A stretch of DNA of 64,000 bases from an uncultured Methanosarcinaceae archaeon (GCA_963847185.1 CAWJYV010000006.1:1-64000), one strand, 5' to 3'. Shown: positions 22,861 through 33,559, numbered from the stretch's first letter. The notes: generated by a model from the letters alone, not told the origin. Translations and numbers: made by a program.

Positions 22861-23358
22861 GAAAAGAAGAATCTGCAAATGCCATATAAGGTGCTTTATT
22901 ATTCAGAAACAAGAAGTAGTGAAGAACTAGACCAATTTACCGAAAATAAAAGTCAAATTTTGGGTTTAATTTTTATAGGTTGGCAGTGTTGCAAATTTGC
23001 TGTAAATTCAAAATCAGATTTTTGAATATTGTATCCTATTTCTACACTTGAACACAAATATAGAACTTGTTTGTCTATTTATCCAAAATTATCCGTTAAG
23101 ACATAAAATGAGTTTTAAGCTATTACTGAAATGAGAAAGCTGTTTTATCTCTGCATAATTTCGCTTTTTTATTAATTGCATTCTACTATTTTATCCATCT
23201 ATCTGCTGCGCTTATTAACTCAAAATTTATCAACACTTGAGACTTAAAGAAATAATTAAATATGATTGATTGGAACTACACTTTGTAATAATATTTATAT
23301 AGTATATCTGCCGATGAAAAATAGATCTAAAAAAACAGATTAAGTTTAGATCAAATTA

Positions 23359-23488
23359 AGACCTAATCCAAAAACTCAAAAATGGGTTTCTGAATTCTTA
23401 ATTCTGAATAATCAATCGAGTTCCCGTTATAAAGAATAGTTCTAAATCTTTAATGATTTAAGAATGTAATTCGTTTTTGGATGAGCTC
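23359..23488. mobile_element. MITE-like element, family A
   Basis: gacctaatccaaaaac...gtttttggatgagctc; interior similar to the 16821 copy. Confidence 0.65.
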
Positions 23489-23678
23489 ATTAAGAGCATA
23501 GGCATTACATCATACATGGAACAAAAATTTGAAAATCAATTATTTTGAGTTCTGAAAGTTTAATTCCATTCTTACTAGAGATTATTGGGGAATTTCTTAA
23601 CCTATACTTGGCGATTTCTTAAAGGGATGGGGTCAAGCTTTTAGATGCTCTTTTCGAGCGCTTAAAGAGGGATATATA

Positions 23679-25394
23679 TTGTCAAAAAGCCGCAATTCTG
23701 CAATAAAAAAAGTCAACAGGTACTTTGTCCTTCTATTCTTGGTGATGCTTGTCTCTATTGCTTTCCTGAGCAGTGTAGGGGCCTCAAAACCGGATAAGGA
23801 TACGATAGAAGTTCAGATTCTGGCCATTAATGATCTTCATGGTCAACTTGAGCCTCCCGTCAGCGAGATGGTTATAGGCTATAATGAGACCGGTGCTCCC
23901 ATAAGTGTCGATGCCGGCGGTGCGGAGTACCTTGCCACTTACATAAAGAAACTCAGCTCTGAGAACCCTAATACAATCGTTGTCTCAACCGGAGACAATA
24001 TAGGGGCTAGTCCGATTATTTCATCCCGATTCCACGATGAACCAACAATAAAGGCCCTTAATGTGATAGGATTCGACTTTTCGGCCGTGGGCAATCACGA
24101 GCTGGATAACGGATTAAATGAGCTCATGCGTATTCAAAACGGTGGCTGCCACCCAATAGACGGCTGCTATGACAACTCTACCTTCGAAGGAGCACAGTTC
24201 CAGTATCTGGCTGCGAATATCGTCAATGAGACCACTAATGTCACAATATTCCCTGCCTACAAGATTACCTGCATAAATGGGGTGCCCATAGGATTCATTG
24301 GAGTGGCCCTAAAAGATACGCCGTCTATATTGACTCCTTCCAAAATAAAGGGACTCAAGTTCCTGGATGAAGCCGAAACAATTAATAAATATGCCAAGGA
24401 GCTAAAGCACAGAGGCGTAAAAACCATAGTGGTGGTTATACACGACGGTGGTTACCAAGAAGGACTATACAACGAGAGTCTGAATATGAGTGGGACAATT
24501 CTAGATGTTGTCAATGCCACCGATCCCGAGATAGATGCATTCATCACCGGTCACACCCATCAGACCTACAATGCTGCTATTAACGGACGCATAGTTACCC
24601 AAGCTGGTTCAGCAGGTACTGTGCTCACAGATATTGATCTGGAAATAAGCAACAAAACTCATGATGTGGTCAAAGAAAAGTCAAGGAATATTATAGTATC
24701 CAGAGACGTTCCTAAAGATCCAGAAGTAGCCGAGCTGATCACGGAATACAAAGATCTGGTCGCAGCCCTTGCTAACCAGGTGATAGGTAATATCACGAGC
24801 GATATTACAGCGGTCATAAGTAATTCAGGCGAATCTGCTCTGGGTGATGTCATAGCCGATGCTCAGCTCTATGCTACTTCCGATCCGGAAGACGGCGGTG
24901 CTGAGGTAGTTTTCGCAAATCCGGGAGGCATTCGTGCTGATCTGATATATAATCAACAGAGTGCAGATGAACTGCCCGGTCAGGTCACATATGGCGAGGT
25001 TTTCAGCGTCCAGCCCTCTGAAATCAGTATGGTCACAATGACCTTGAACGGCACTCAGATAGACAGACTGCTTGAGCAGCAGATCGACAACCCAACTCCG
25101 CGCATACTGCAGGTCTCAAAAGGCTTTAGCTATGTCTGGAACGAAAGTGCGCCCCCTGGAAATATGATCGATATCTCCAGCATAAAGATCAATGGCACTT
25201 CTATCAGTCCGAGTGGTCTTTACCGCATAACGGTTAACAATCGCATGGCCGAAGGAAGCTATAATCTCTTTGTTCTGAAGGAAGGGGTCAATAGGACAGA
25301 AGGTCCTCTGGTTAGAGATGCACTCGTCAATTACCTCAAGGCTTTCTCTCCGGTGGCTCCAGGATCTATGAATCGCATTTCTGTGGTAAAGTAA
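23679..25394 (+). CDS. Secreted bifunctional metallophosphatase / 5'-nucleotidase
   Basis: Signal peptide; NDLHG, GD, GNHE, GHTH, NPGGIR motifs; gagggg RBS before TTG. Confidence 0.92.
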   Translation: MSKSRNSAIKKVNRYFVLLFLVMLVSIAFLSSVGASKPDKDTIEVQILAINDLHGQLEPPVSEMVIGYNETGAPISVDAGGAEYLATYIKKLSSENPNTIVVSTGDNIGASPIISSRFHDEPTIKALNVIGFDFSAVGNHELDNGLNELMRIQNGGCHPIDGCYDNSTFEGAQFQYLAANIVNETTNVTIFPAYKITCINGVPIGFIGVALKDTPSILTPSKIKGLKFLDEAETINKYAKELKHRGVKTIVVVIHDGGYQEGLYNESLNMSGTILDVVNATDPEIDAFITGHTHQTYNAAINGRIVTQAGSAGTVLTDIDLEISNKTHDVVKEKSRNIIVSRDVPKDPEVAELITEYKDLVAALANQVIGNITSDITAVISNSGESALGDVIADAQLYATSDPEDGGAEVVFANPGGIRADLIYNQQSADELPGQVTYGEVFSVQPSEISMVTMTLNGTQIDRLLEQQIDNPTPRILQVSKGFSYVWNESAPPGNMIDISSIKINGTSISPSGLYRITVNNRMAEGSYNLFVLKEGVNRTEGPLVRDALVNYLKAFSPVAPGSMNRISVVK

Positions 25395-25697
25395 GAGAAC
25401 AACGAACAATCTACTTTCTCGATAGGGAGAACTACCGCGAGTACTGTGTAGTTTGCGGGGCTGACCTTCTGACCAGTTTCAGAAATTACTGAATATTTAC
25501 CGCAACCCCCTCAGACTACATAGAACTCTTGTTTCTATGTTTTAAAGTATTCAGACATCTGCTTCTTGGCTATCGGTCAAAAGTCCTGGAACCATATTGA
25601 TGTACGCTAGAGCGTACATTTGCATATTTTTGCTTCTCTAGATCTAGGCAAATATTGTTAAGACGGAAAACTGGATAATAATGAATATACGATAGAC

Positions 25698-25895
25698 ATG
25701 ACAAATTCTTCTAACCCTGTTCTGAGAATTGGAAATGCAGAACTGCCAGTTGACAAGAATATTCTTGTCAAGGATGGAGTGACTCATGAACTTGATGGAA
25801 TAATTGTCTATGCTCCAGTGACTGGTAAAGTCTATATTCCTGCTGAAGCGATCTCGCTGATCAACGAGACAACAACTAAAACTAAAATGATATAA
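25698..25895 (+). pseudogene. Short ORF resembling a fasciclin (FAS1) C-terminal fragment
   Basis: NILVKDGVTHELDGII resembles the FAS1 H2 motif. Confidence 0.3.
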
Positions 25896-26037
25896 GACGC
25901 TTGATAAACGTGAAATAATTAAAAGGGGATTATTTCCCTTTCTTTTTTGTCTCAGATTTTTGATGCCTATATTTTGGTAGGATCGATAGATACTTAGTTT
26001 TCAAATTTCTTTTTAATCAACTTATTAGAAAATTCTC

Positions 26038-26095
26038 TCAACGCCCGAATGCTCTTGAAGTGAGCAGATATCGGGCGGCTACCAACAAAAAAAAG
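26038..26095 (+). repeat. Bulged palindromic repeat, copy 2 of 3
   Basis: cgcccgaatgctcttgaagtgagcagatatcgggcgg followed by an A-run. Confidence 0.7.
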
Positions 26096-26217
26096 CAAAA
26101 ATGTATTGCAGGACAATATTAAATTGAAGAAAAACAATATCAAATTGATATAGAAAAACAAAAATGAAATTCACAACTGATTCAATTTCGGTATCAAAAA
26201 AAGCATTGGAGAGATCT

Positions 26218-26463
26218 ATGAACTGGAGAGAACATATCGTTATCGACCCCGCAGTCCTTACAGGCAAGCCTATTATCAAAGGTACACGCCTTGCAGTAGA
26301 GTTCATTATCGACCTGCTTGCTCATGACTGGATTGAGGCGGAGATCCTCCGGAACTATCCCGGCCTGACTCATGAGGATATTCAAGCGTGTCTGATGTAT
26401 GCGAGCGATTTACTCAGGACAGAAAAGGTTTATTCTGTAGAGATTTCTCAGGAAGTAGACTGA
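26218..26463 (+). CDS. DUF433 antitoxin
   Basis: DP.V..GKP.IKGTR, YP.L..EDI.ACL.YA; ggag RBS before ATG 26218. Confidence 0.9.
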   Translation: MNWREHIVIDPAVLTGKPIIKGTRLAVEFIIDLLAHDWIEAEILRNYPGLTHEDIQACLMYASDLLRTEKVYSVEISQEVD

Positions 26464-26822
26464 TGCGCTTGCTGGCAAATGAAAATATTCCTCTGAGTGC
26501 GATGGGGACTCTCCGGGACTGTGGATATGATGTCCTGTGGATAAGAGAAAAATCACCAGGTATCACTGATATTGAAGTCATGGAACTGGGTCATAGAGAA
26601 AAACGTATTCTTGTTACTTTCGACAAAGACTTCGGAGAGCTGGCTTTTTCCACAAAGCAACCATCAGCAAATGGAATAATTCTTTTTCGCATACCTATGA
26701 TTTCTTCAGCTTACATAACGAAAGCCCTTGTAAAAGTTATAGAGTCGCGTGACGATTGGGAAAGACATTTTTCAGTTGTTGAAGAGGATAGAATTAGAAT
26801 AAGGCCATTGAAAAGAGATTAA
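26463..26822 (+). CDS. DUF5615 PIN-like toxin
   Basis: MRLLANEN, D.EV, RILVTFDKDFGEL; TGATG overlap with DUF433. Confidence 0.9.
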   Translation: MRLLANENIPLSAMGTLRDCGYDVLWIREKSPGITDIEVMELGHREKRILVTFDKDFGELAFSTKQPSANGIILFRIPMISSAYITKALVKVIESRDDWERHFSVVEEDRIRIRPLKRD

Positions 26823-26844
26823 AACGTGTTTTTTAATTTTGATT

Positions 26845-26934
26845 AAAGATACTATGTATTCTCGAAGGATGGAAATTTATAATCTCGATAGTAGCTGAAA
26901 AGAATTCTTATCCACTGGAGACTGCACAGAACCT
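26845..26934. repeat. Dispersed repeat / MITE-like end, family C (copy 2)
   Basis: Ends gagactgcacagaacc; similar to 21995-22086. Confidence 0.55.
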
Positions 26935-26989
26935 ATTTTCCGGATATGTTTAGTTGCCAAATTACTTTTTAAAAAATCATCTTAAAACT

Positions 26990-27052
26990 TCGCTCCACGC
27001 CCGCATGCTCACGAAGTGAGCAGATATCGGGCGGCTGCTGGCAAAAAAAAAA
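26990..27052 (+). repeat. Bulged palindromic repeat, copy 3 of 3
   Basis: cgcccgcaTGCTCACgaaGTGAGCAgatatcgggcggctgctggcaaaaaaaaa. Confidence 0.75.
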
Positions 27053-27470
27053 TAGAATTGGATGCTACCAAAAAAGTGTTTTATCAAGAAATGAGAAATC
27101 GTGAAATATAGACATATTTGCGAAGAGAAAGGCAACAATTTGATCTTGATAGGTTTTAGTAAAAACTCCACATTTTCCCTATTTCTAGTAAAAATATTCT
27201 TAAAATTGAAGCTAAGACAACCAAAAGGCATAGATTTTTCGTTAAGCCTATTTATAAGCGGGTATTTTGTCAGAAATATTGGTGGTACTCCAATTAATTT
27301 TAAGTAAGTGCCATTGTACACTTACAGAAATTAAGGTATACTACATACCAAAACAGAAAATCAGCGAAGAAAAAGAAAATAAGCACTAATTGATATTGAA
27401 AATCTATCTTATTTTTAGCTCGAACTGTTTTGACAGGAGGCTACTAATCCATTTAATTTTATAATAAATT

Positions 27471-28277
27471 CTATGGAATAGTGCCCATTTTTGTTACAAT
27501 TAAGCTATTGATCTTGTCAAAATTAGCAAAAATATAATTTCTGACTCCATTTTTCACGAACTTTATTGTAAGTGTCAAATTCTTCAAGCTTTTTTTGATG
27601 AATTTTGTGGATTTGTGCTTGATTTCCCTCAAATTCATATCGCATCAGCGATATGAATAATTGAGCAATAAATCCCAATAGAAGAGCCCCATAAATACTA
27701 TTATCTGACCAAACTCTTAACGGCTTAATCTGTATTTCGTTTTTCAATGAGTTAAATATTTTCTCAATAGAATCCTTTTCTCGATATATCTCCAAAGCCT
27801 TTTCAAGTGTCAAATTCTTGTTTGATTTAAGGCAGAAAAATCCTTCTCTTCCATTAATTATGGAACTTTTCAAGAGTTCTATTGCTTCTTCCTCACTAAG
27901 CTCTTCGAGCTTAGTCTTAAAAGAGTAATCAATTTCAATTAACTCATTATTGATTCTGAATTTTTTAGGAAGCTTTTTGTTTTTTGCTATTATTTCCTGT
28001 ATCTCTTTTGCTTCCTTTAACTTTTTAAGAATAGTTCTTGCTTTAGCTTCCAGTTGCTTCTCTTGTAATGATTTTGAGAAATAGAAATACTTGATGCTAT
28101 TTGGCTTAACGATTTTTATCCCATAAATACTTTTTTCGGGATCTATTAACTGCGCTAATTTTAAATCAAAATTCTCAATGATTTTATCATCGCTTGAATT
28201 CAGTTTCATGGAAGTAAGATACGTCATCTCATCTTCCTGTATTAGCTTAATGTTGTCAACAGTATTAGCGCCTTTAT
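27471..28277 (-). mobile_element. IS1634 transposase 3' half, 5'-truncated, +1 frameshift near 27625
   Basis: Y..KD.IEK.F..LK motif; 27844-28277 essentially identical to 6516-6949; corrected frame ends at TAG 27471. Confidence 0.85.
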
Positions 28278-28345
28278 TTTAAATATGAATTTACAATATC
28301 GCATGTTTCGGTACATTTATCAGTTTATTACTTATATCGAGATTT

Positions 28346-28969
28346 ATGACAGATAATACAGCTAACGACAATTGCGATGATACACTTGACCCTGAATCAT
28401 ATCGTATCAGAGAAGTATATGCATATTATGGGCTTACGATGTATCACATTCAATGCTTAGAAAGAACTTTAGCTATGCTTGATGCTACTGTTTATAATTC
28501 TAATGCAGACCATATTACTAAATCGCAATTTGACTCTATTCTTGAAAGAAATTTTAAGAAGACACTGGGTCAATTGATATTCATTATTAAAAAGGCCGTT
28601 GATTTACCAGATAATTTTGAAAAAAAGCTTTCATATACCTTGGAAAAGAGAAATTTTATAGCACACCATTATTTCTGGGCACGAGCTATGAAGTTCAGTC
28701 ATACGCGTGGTCAGGAAGAAATGATAGAAGAACTAAGTCAGTTAAGCGTTTATTTCCAGAATATGGATAACGAACTAGATTTAGTATTACGAAAATGGAT
28801 GAACGCTAAAGGTATAACTGATAATACAATTTATCAAATAATGGGTGATTCGCTTCTTTTGGAAATCAAGGATATTGATGATGGTGAAGCTGTTAAACAG
28901 GTTATGGATACAGTGCTTCGTCAGATTTTAAATGATGCAGCTTCGAAAGAGCGTTATAATACAGGCTAA
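28346..28969 (+). CDS. Hypothetical protein (possible HEPN-like: Q.LE, TLGQL, KRNFIAH)
   Basis: Clean 207-aa ORF containing R-x4-H (RNFIAH). Confidence 0.7.
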   Translation: MTDNTANDNCDDTLDPESYRIREVYAYYGLTMYHIQCLERTLAMLDATVYNSNADHITKSQFDSILERNFKKTLGQLIFIIKKAVDLPDNFEKKLSYTLEKRNFIAHHYFWARAMKFSHTRGQEEMIEELSQLSVYFQNMDNELDLVLRKWMNAKGITDNTIYQIMGDSLLLEIKDIDDGEAVKQVMDTVLRQILNDAASKERYNTG

Positions 28970-29002
28970 TGCTAGTAAGTGCTCTAAGAGATTAACTGTA
29001 GT

Positions 29003-29751
29003 CTATATCAGCGAATTCTCAGTATTCCAAACACTCTGATTTTTATTAAGAACGTTATGCCCAATTGGAGTCAATTCGAAACCATCCCAACGTATCCAAA
29101 TCTGCAGGTTCACCAGGAAAATTATAATCCATCGTTTTATATTTATACTCAATAAGACCCAAGTTAAAAACTGATTGAAATTGATGATCAGTGTAGCCCC
29201 TTTCGTACAAGTCCTCAAACAAACCATCAAAACAATCATCTGGACAAGCTTGTGATGAAAGAAAAGAAAGTAAATCAGTTATTTGTGATGCTTCAGCAAA
29301 AATGCCATGTTTTATCAATCCTTTAACTCCACCGATCTCCGTAAAGCTAATAGATGAAGCTCCTATGAGATCTAGTAGTTCACTAGCTAACACCATAATC
29401 CGTATACAAATTATTTTATTAATTTTACTACCATCGTGAGCTGCGTAATTTCTGTAATACCCAAATGCACCTTTAAATAATAATTCTGCTTTGTCCTTGG
29501 AGTTCATCTCCTAAAGGAATTGTTAACTTTATACCATCTTTCGATCCTAAAAGTGTCTCGACTAATCTTGTACCAAACAATTTTTCGCCAGTTCTAGATT
29601 TCTCTTTAAGTGCAAGTTCTACTTGTTTCATCGATTCTAATGCAGCACAGGTAAAATAACCATCTTTGTAAAGAGACATGCATTTATCAATAATTCTTTG
29701 ATGAAGTATAGTATCTAATTCAAATTCTACCGTCATTACTTCGCCTACCAT
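29003..29751 (-). pseudogene. TIGR02391-like protein split by two +1 frameshifts
   Basis: Y..G.F..AA.ES.K.VE, G..L, LFKGAFG.YRN..AH; frames rejoin by removing single bases near 29500 and 29078. Confidence 0.7.
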
Positions 29752-29862
29752 TGAATATTTCTTAATATCAGTTATTTCAACTAGATGTTTAAACTTATTT
29801 TATTGATGAACATATTCAATTCCCTCAAATCTGCAGGAAATAAAAGGTTCAAAAAAGATGAG

Positions 29863-30886
29863 TTATAGAGAAAGATCAAACATAAGAATTGTAAAAAATA
29901 TCTCTCGACTTTTATCTGCAGGATGACTGCAGATAAATCTAAAGGCATTTTTCACATCGGCTTTGTATTCTTTGTCAATAGACAGTTTCAGCTTTCTTCC
30001 CTGGAAAAAAGAAGTAACAATATCGGGAATACCTTGCAATGACGATAAAAATTCTCTATTTTTATAAAAAACGATAAGTGCAACTCTGTTATCTCGCCAT
30101 GTTAAGTAAGAAAGCAATTGAGCAATTGCCTCCTGTAATGACTTTTTTCCTCTCCAGATTTTACACTCAGCTATAAAAATCGTTTCATTCACAGAAGATA
30201 CTAAAATATCTGTTTTTCCTATTTTATTAAACGATTCTCCGGATGAGAAGATGTCTTTGTGCGAATTTAAACTCGCAAGCAAGACGTCTCTTAATTCTGG
30301 CTCACTTCTATCTTTATGTGAAAGAACTCGCCTTTCCATATCATTTCCTGCACGGGAAATTATTTCTAAAATTTTCTCATAAATTTGGTCTGATGTTTGG
30401 GGTTTTTTATCTTCCGTCAGGCTTTTGTGTGAATCTTTCAAAGAATTTTCTTTCGTGTATTTTCTTATATTGTGCATAGGCATTTGTGTTCATTTTAACA
30501 GAGGTTATAAAAATTAGATCATCATCACTCAGTGGATACTCTCTTTCACCATTTATGATAAATAAATTTTCAATTTCAGTTAGAAAATCAGATATCAGTG
30601 GATACTTCTCATATTCCCATTCGTCGTCAAAAGTAATTTCATCGAATACTAAAAGGTTCGAATATGGTTTCCACTCATGAGCTTTTAATTGCTCACAACC
30701 AGGTTTTTCGAGCGTTTCTGAAATTTTAGCACATATTCTCAAGTAATTTCTATTAATCTCTTCATGAATGACCAATATATCCTCACTAAAAAATATAGTA
30801 AGGAGTCTACTGAGTTCGTTATAATAGGTTCGAACCATAAATAAATTTCTTAGACTTTCTTCTCTCATAAATCTCGCTAACAACAT
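29863..30886 (-). CDS. PD-(D/E)xK nuclease-like protein, two overlapping ORFs probably one frameshifted gene
   Basis: E.ELRD, GESFN..GKTDI, FIAECKIW.G, AI.QLL.YLTWRD; ORFs 30407..30886 and 29863..30483 overlap out of frame. Confidence 0.6.
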
Positions 30887-30975
30887 TTATTGCTATTGTT
30901 TTCAATCTTTCCTTTTGGAATAAGACAACCTTACTTTTCGGAAAAAATGATATAAAACTATTCCTTTTTACTGTT

Positions 30976-31701
30976 ATGAATCGTGAAGAAATTCTTGAGC
31001 TCTGTGCTTCAAATCCTGAAGCTATTGTAGATTACATTAAGAATTTAGAACCTACTTTTGATTTTGATGAACCTGAAAGACCGGATTGCTCTTTGGAGTT
31101 ATATAAAGCAGACAAATGTGAAGAGATTTGTGGATTTGTATATAATGATCGAAGAATAGCAGACCCCTGGGAAGCGTATGTAGATGGTTATTTAGAAGCA
31201 GTTAAAAAGCTAATTGAAGTTGCAAAAAGAGGTGAATTCCTAACAGATACATTTGGCTACCCTATCTTCTATCTATTTTATCATTACCTTGAATTGCGTT
31301 TAAAATGAATCATACGTTGCGGGGAGTTCTTTATAACTCCAACACATCCAAAAAAAGATTTATCCACAAGCCATAATATAATCTCCTTGTGGGAGAAATG
31401 TAAAATAATTTTAAAAGAAATTGAAGGTTGGCAAGAATACACAAATTTAAGTGAAGATATTAAACAGGACTATGAAACAATAGACCATTTTATTAAAGAA
31501 ATTGCACGGGATACAACATCACAAGCATTTCGTTATCCTGACGATTTTAAGAGACATAAGCCATTTATGGTAGATGATAAAGAGCAACAATTTCTTAATA
31601 TTACAAATCTGTCATATGTTGTAGATTGGTTGTCTAACATACTTGATGGAATCTGTATGGCAATTGCTGTGCAGCTAGATTTTTGTGGAGATTACTATTG
31701 A
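30976..31701 (+). pseudogene. HEPN-like protein interrupted by an in-frame TGA (31306-31308)
   Basis: YPIFYLF.H.LEL.LK*II...SHNI..LW...AFRYP continues in the same frame. Confidence 0.6.
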
Positions 31702-31817
31702 ACTTATTTTTGAATTTCGTATTTTCGAAGTACCAAATAATGTATAGAGTTTTTCTCCACAGCTATATATAAAATCCTATCCGTATGACTATATCATAAA
31801 AAGGAGACCACCACGGA

Positions 31818-32036
31818 ATGAGAGAGTTTACCGTTATCATCGAACAGGACGAAGACGGGATTTACATAGCTTCAGTTCCAGAACTTCCAGGATGTCATAC
31901 CCAGGCTGAAACGCTTGATGAATTAAATAAAAGAATAAAAGAGGCAATTGAACTCTACCTTGAAGTCCAAGCCGAGAAGGGAGAAGAAAAGCATCTTGAC
32001 TTCATCGGAATACAGCAGGTCAAAGTTGAGGTTTAA
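31818..32036 (+). CDS. hicB: HicB family antitoxin
   Basis: EQDEDG.YIASVPELPGCHTQAETLDEL..RIKEAIELY; aggag RBS. Confidence 0.92.
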   Translation: MREFTVIIEQDEDGIYIASVPELPGCHTQAETLDELNKRIKEAIELYLEVQAEKGEEKHLDFIGIQQVKVEV

Positions 32037-32278
32037 ATGAGTAAAATATTACCTCTTCATGCAAAAAAAGTTGTAAAAGCGCTTGAAAATATAGGTTTCA
32101 AGCAGATAAGGCAAAAGGGAAGTCACTTATTTTTACAGCACCCGGACGGAAGGGCCACAATAGTCCCAGTGCATCCTACCGAAAAAATAGGAAGGGGAAT
32201 GATCAGCAAAATATGAAAGATGCAAAAATAACAAAGGATGAATGGATCGACCTGATAAATAGCCTCATTCTTTTCTGA
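32037..32278 (+). pseudogene. hicA: HicA mRNA interferase toxin with a frameshift near 32213
   Basis: MSKILPL...GF..IRQKGSH...VPVH...GRG; C-terminal KDAKITKDEW is in the next frame. Confidence 0.8.
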
Positions 32279-32598
32279 CGGGATTTAACAATTTATAAAA
32301 GAAGAGATTTTTTATTATTTCCTTATTATTTTCTTGTTTTCGATTTTTTTCAATCTCACATTGAACAATTAAAGAAATACATAGGTTTCAGGGTAAAACC
32401 TGTGCATTTTCTCGGTTTTTACTTCAAATTTTAAGGTAATACGACCTCAAAACTCTTACAAACAGAGGTTTTACTTTAACCTGTATATTCAATGGAATCA
32501 TAAACTACTGGATTCATAGCTCGATCATAAATAGAGAGTATGTTAAAATCAGACTTGCGATAGTCTCCTGGAGAAGTTACAGAAATAAAATCATAACT

Positions 32599-32626
32599 TG
32601 GGGATGAGAATCTATCCCATCCCCAT
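32599..32626 (-). terminator. Hairpin downstream of frhB
   Basis: TGGGGATG agaatctatcc CATCCCCA. Confidence 0.45.
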
Positions 32627-32673
32627 TTCAGTGTAGATAACACAATAGTTTCGATGACGAAAAAAAATGTTTT

Positions 32674-33549
32674 TTAGGCGTAAGGGTCCCTTAACGCCTT
32701 ATTAACGCCGAAATTCCTGCGCTCCTCGACCGTCTTCCTGTTCTTGTCGATCTTCTCCTTCGCGAGTTTCATAACAAGCTCGAGGCCAGGCTTTACCTCC
32801 TCGATAGGCTTTGTCTCGAACATGCCCGCAGCGACCGCCTTGGACCATATGTCATTCCCTACCTTAGTACGGATGAATACCGTGGACCAGCCATCAGGGC
32901 TTCCAACCGACCCTGTAGAGATGTCGCCAAGATTGGAAACGTAGTCGAGGCAGACATGGCAGCCAGGCTGCTCGTACTTGTGTGTCGCCTTGAGCGGCAC
33001 GGTGGATACGTTCCCTCGCTCGGTGTAGACCCAGAATTTGCCCTTCCCGATCTCCATCTTCTTTACGGAGCTGAGGCTCTGGTTCGCGTGGTCCTCAACA
33101 ATGGTCTGCATGGACTTGTACGGGAAGTTTTCCATGCAGAAGAGCCCTACTGCGAAGGCGATCTTGTCCGGGACATCCCGCATGTTGATGGGATAAAGCT
33201 GAACCTTCCTGACCGCCTGCATCTGGCAGCAGACACCGGTGACCCCTACCTTATCGAGGCCGAAGGACCGGGTTGCTTCCTTGAGCCAGGATATCTGGGG
33301 ACTGATGCTGTACTTAGTCCCTTGTGCCTTGAGGATGTCCTCGCGGCTCATCGCGACGAGCGGTTTTGGCTCCCAGGGCCGGTCGCCTTTGCCTGCCACA
33401 ATGGTTCCATCAATAATCCCCTGCTCGAGGGCATAGACCATGAGGGTGGTGGCGATGCCGCCATCCTGTGCTTTCTGGAGGATTTCCTTGTCCGTGCTCC
33501 GTGCCGAGACGCACGTCATGTATTTGCCGAGATATGGATCTTCAACCAT
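32674..33549 (-). CDS. frhB: F420-reducing hydrogenase subunit beta
   Basis: AQDGG, GTKY, CCQ, GLFCMENF, C-x2-C.D, DISTGSVGSPDGWS; ggtgaga RBS. Confidence 0.95.
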   Translation of the reverse strand: MVEDPYLGKYMTCVSARSTDKEILQKAQDGGIATTLMVYALEQGIIDGTIVAGKGDRPWEPKPLVAMSREDILKAQGTKYSISPQISWLKEATRSFGLDKVGVTGVCCQMQAVRKVQLYPINMRDVPDKIAFAVGLFCMENFPYKSMQTIVEDHANQSLSSVKKMEIGKGKFWVYTERGNVSTVPLKATHKYEQPGCHVCLDYVSNLGDISTGSVGSPDGWSTVFIRTKVGNDIWSKAVAAGMFETKPIEEVKPGLELVMKLAKEKIDKNRKTVEERRNFGVNKALRDPYA

Positions 33550-33559
33550 CTCTCTCACC

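Noticed and set aside
22801-27052. Canonical integron attC array
   Set aside because: No RYYYAAC/GTTRRRY boxes or integron integrase seen; retained only as unexplained palindromic repeats.
31306-31308. Selenocysteine or pyrrolysine readthrough
   Set aside because: The codon is TGA, not TAG; the position is not Cys-like; Sec decoding is not known in this lineage.
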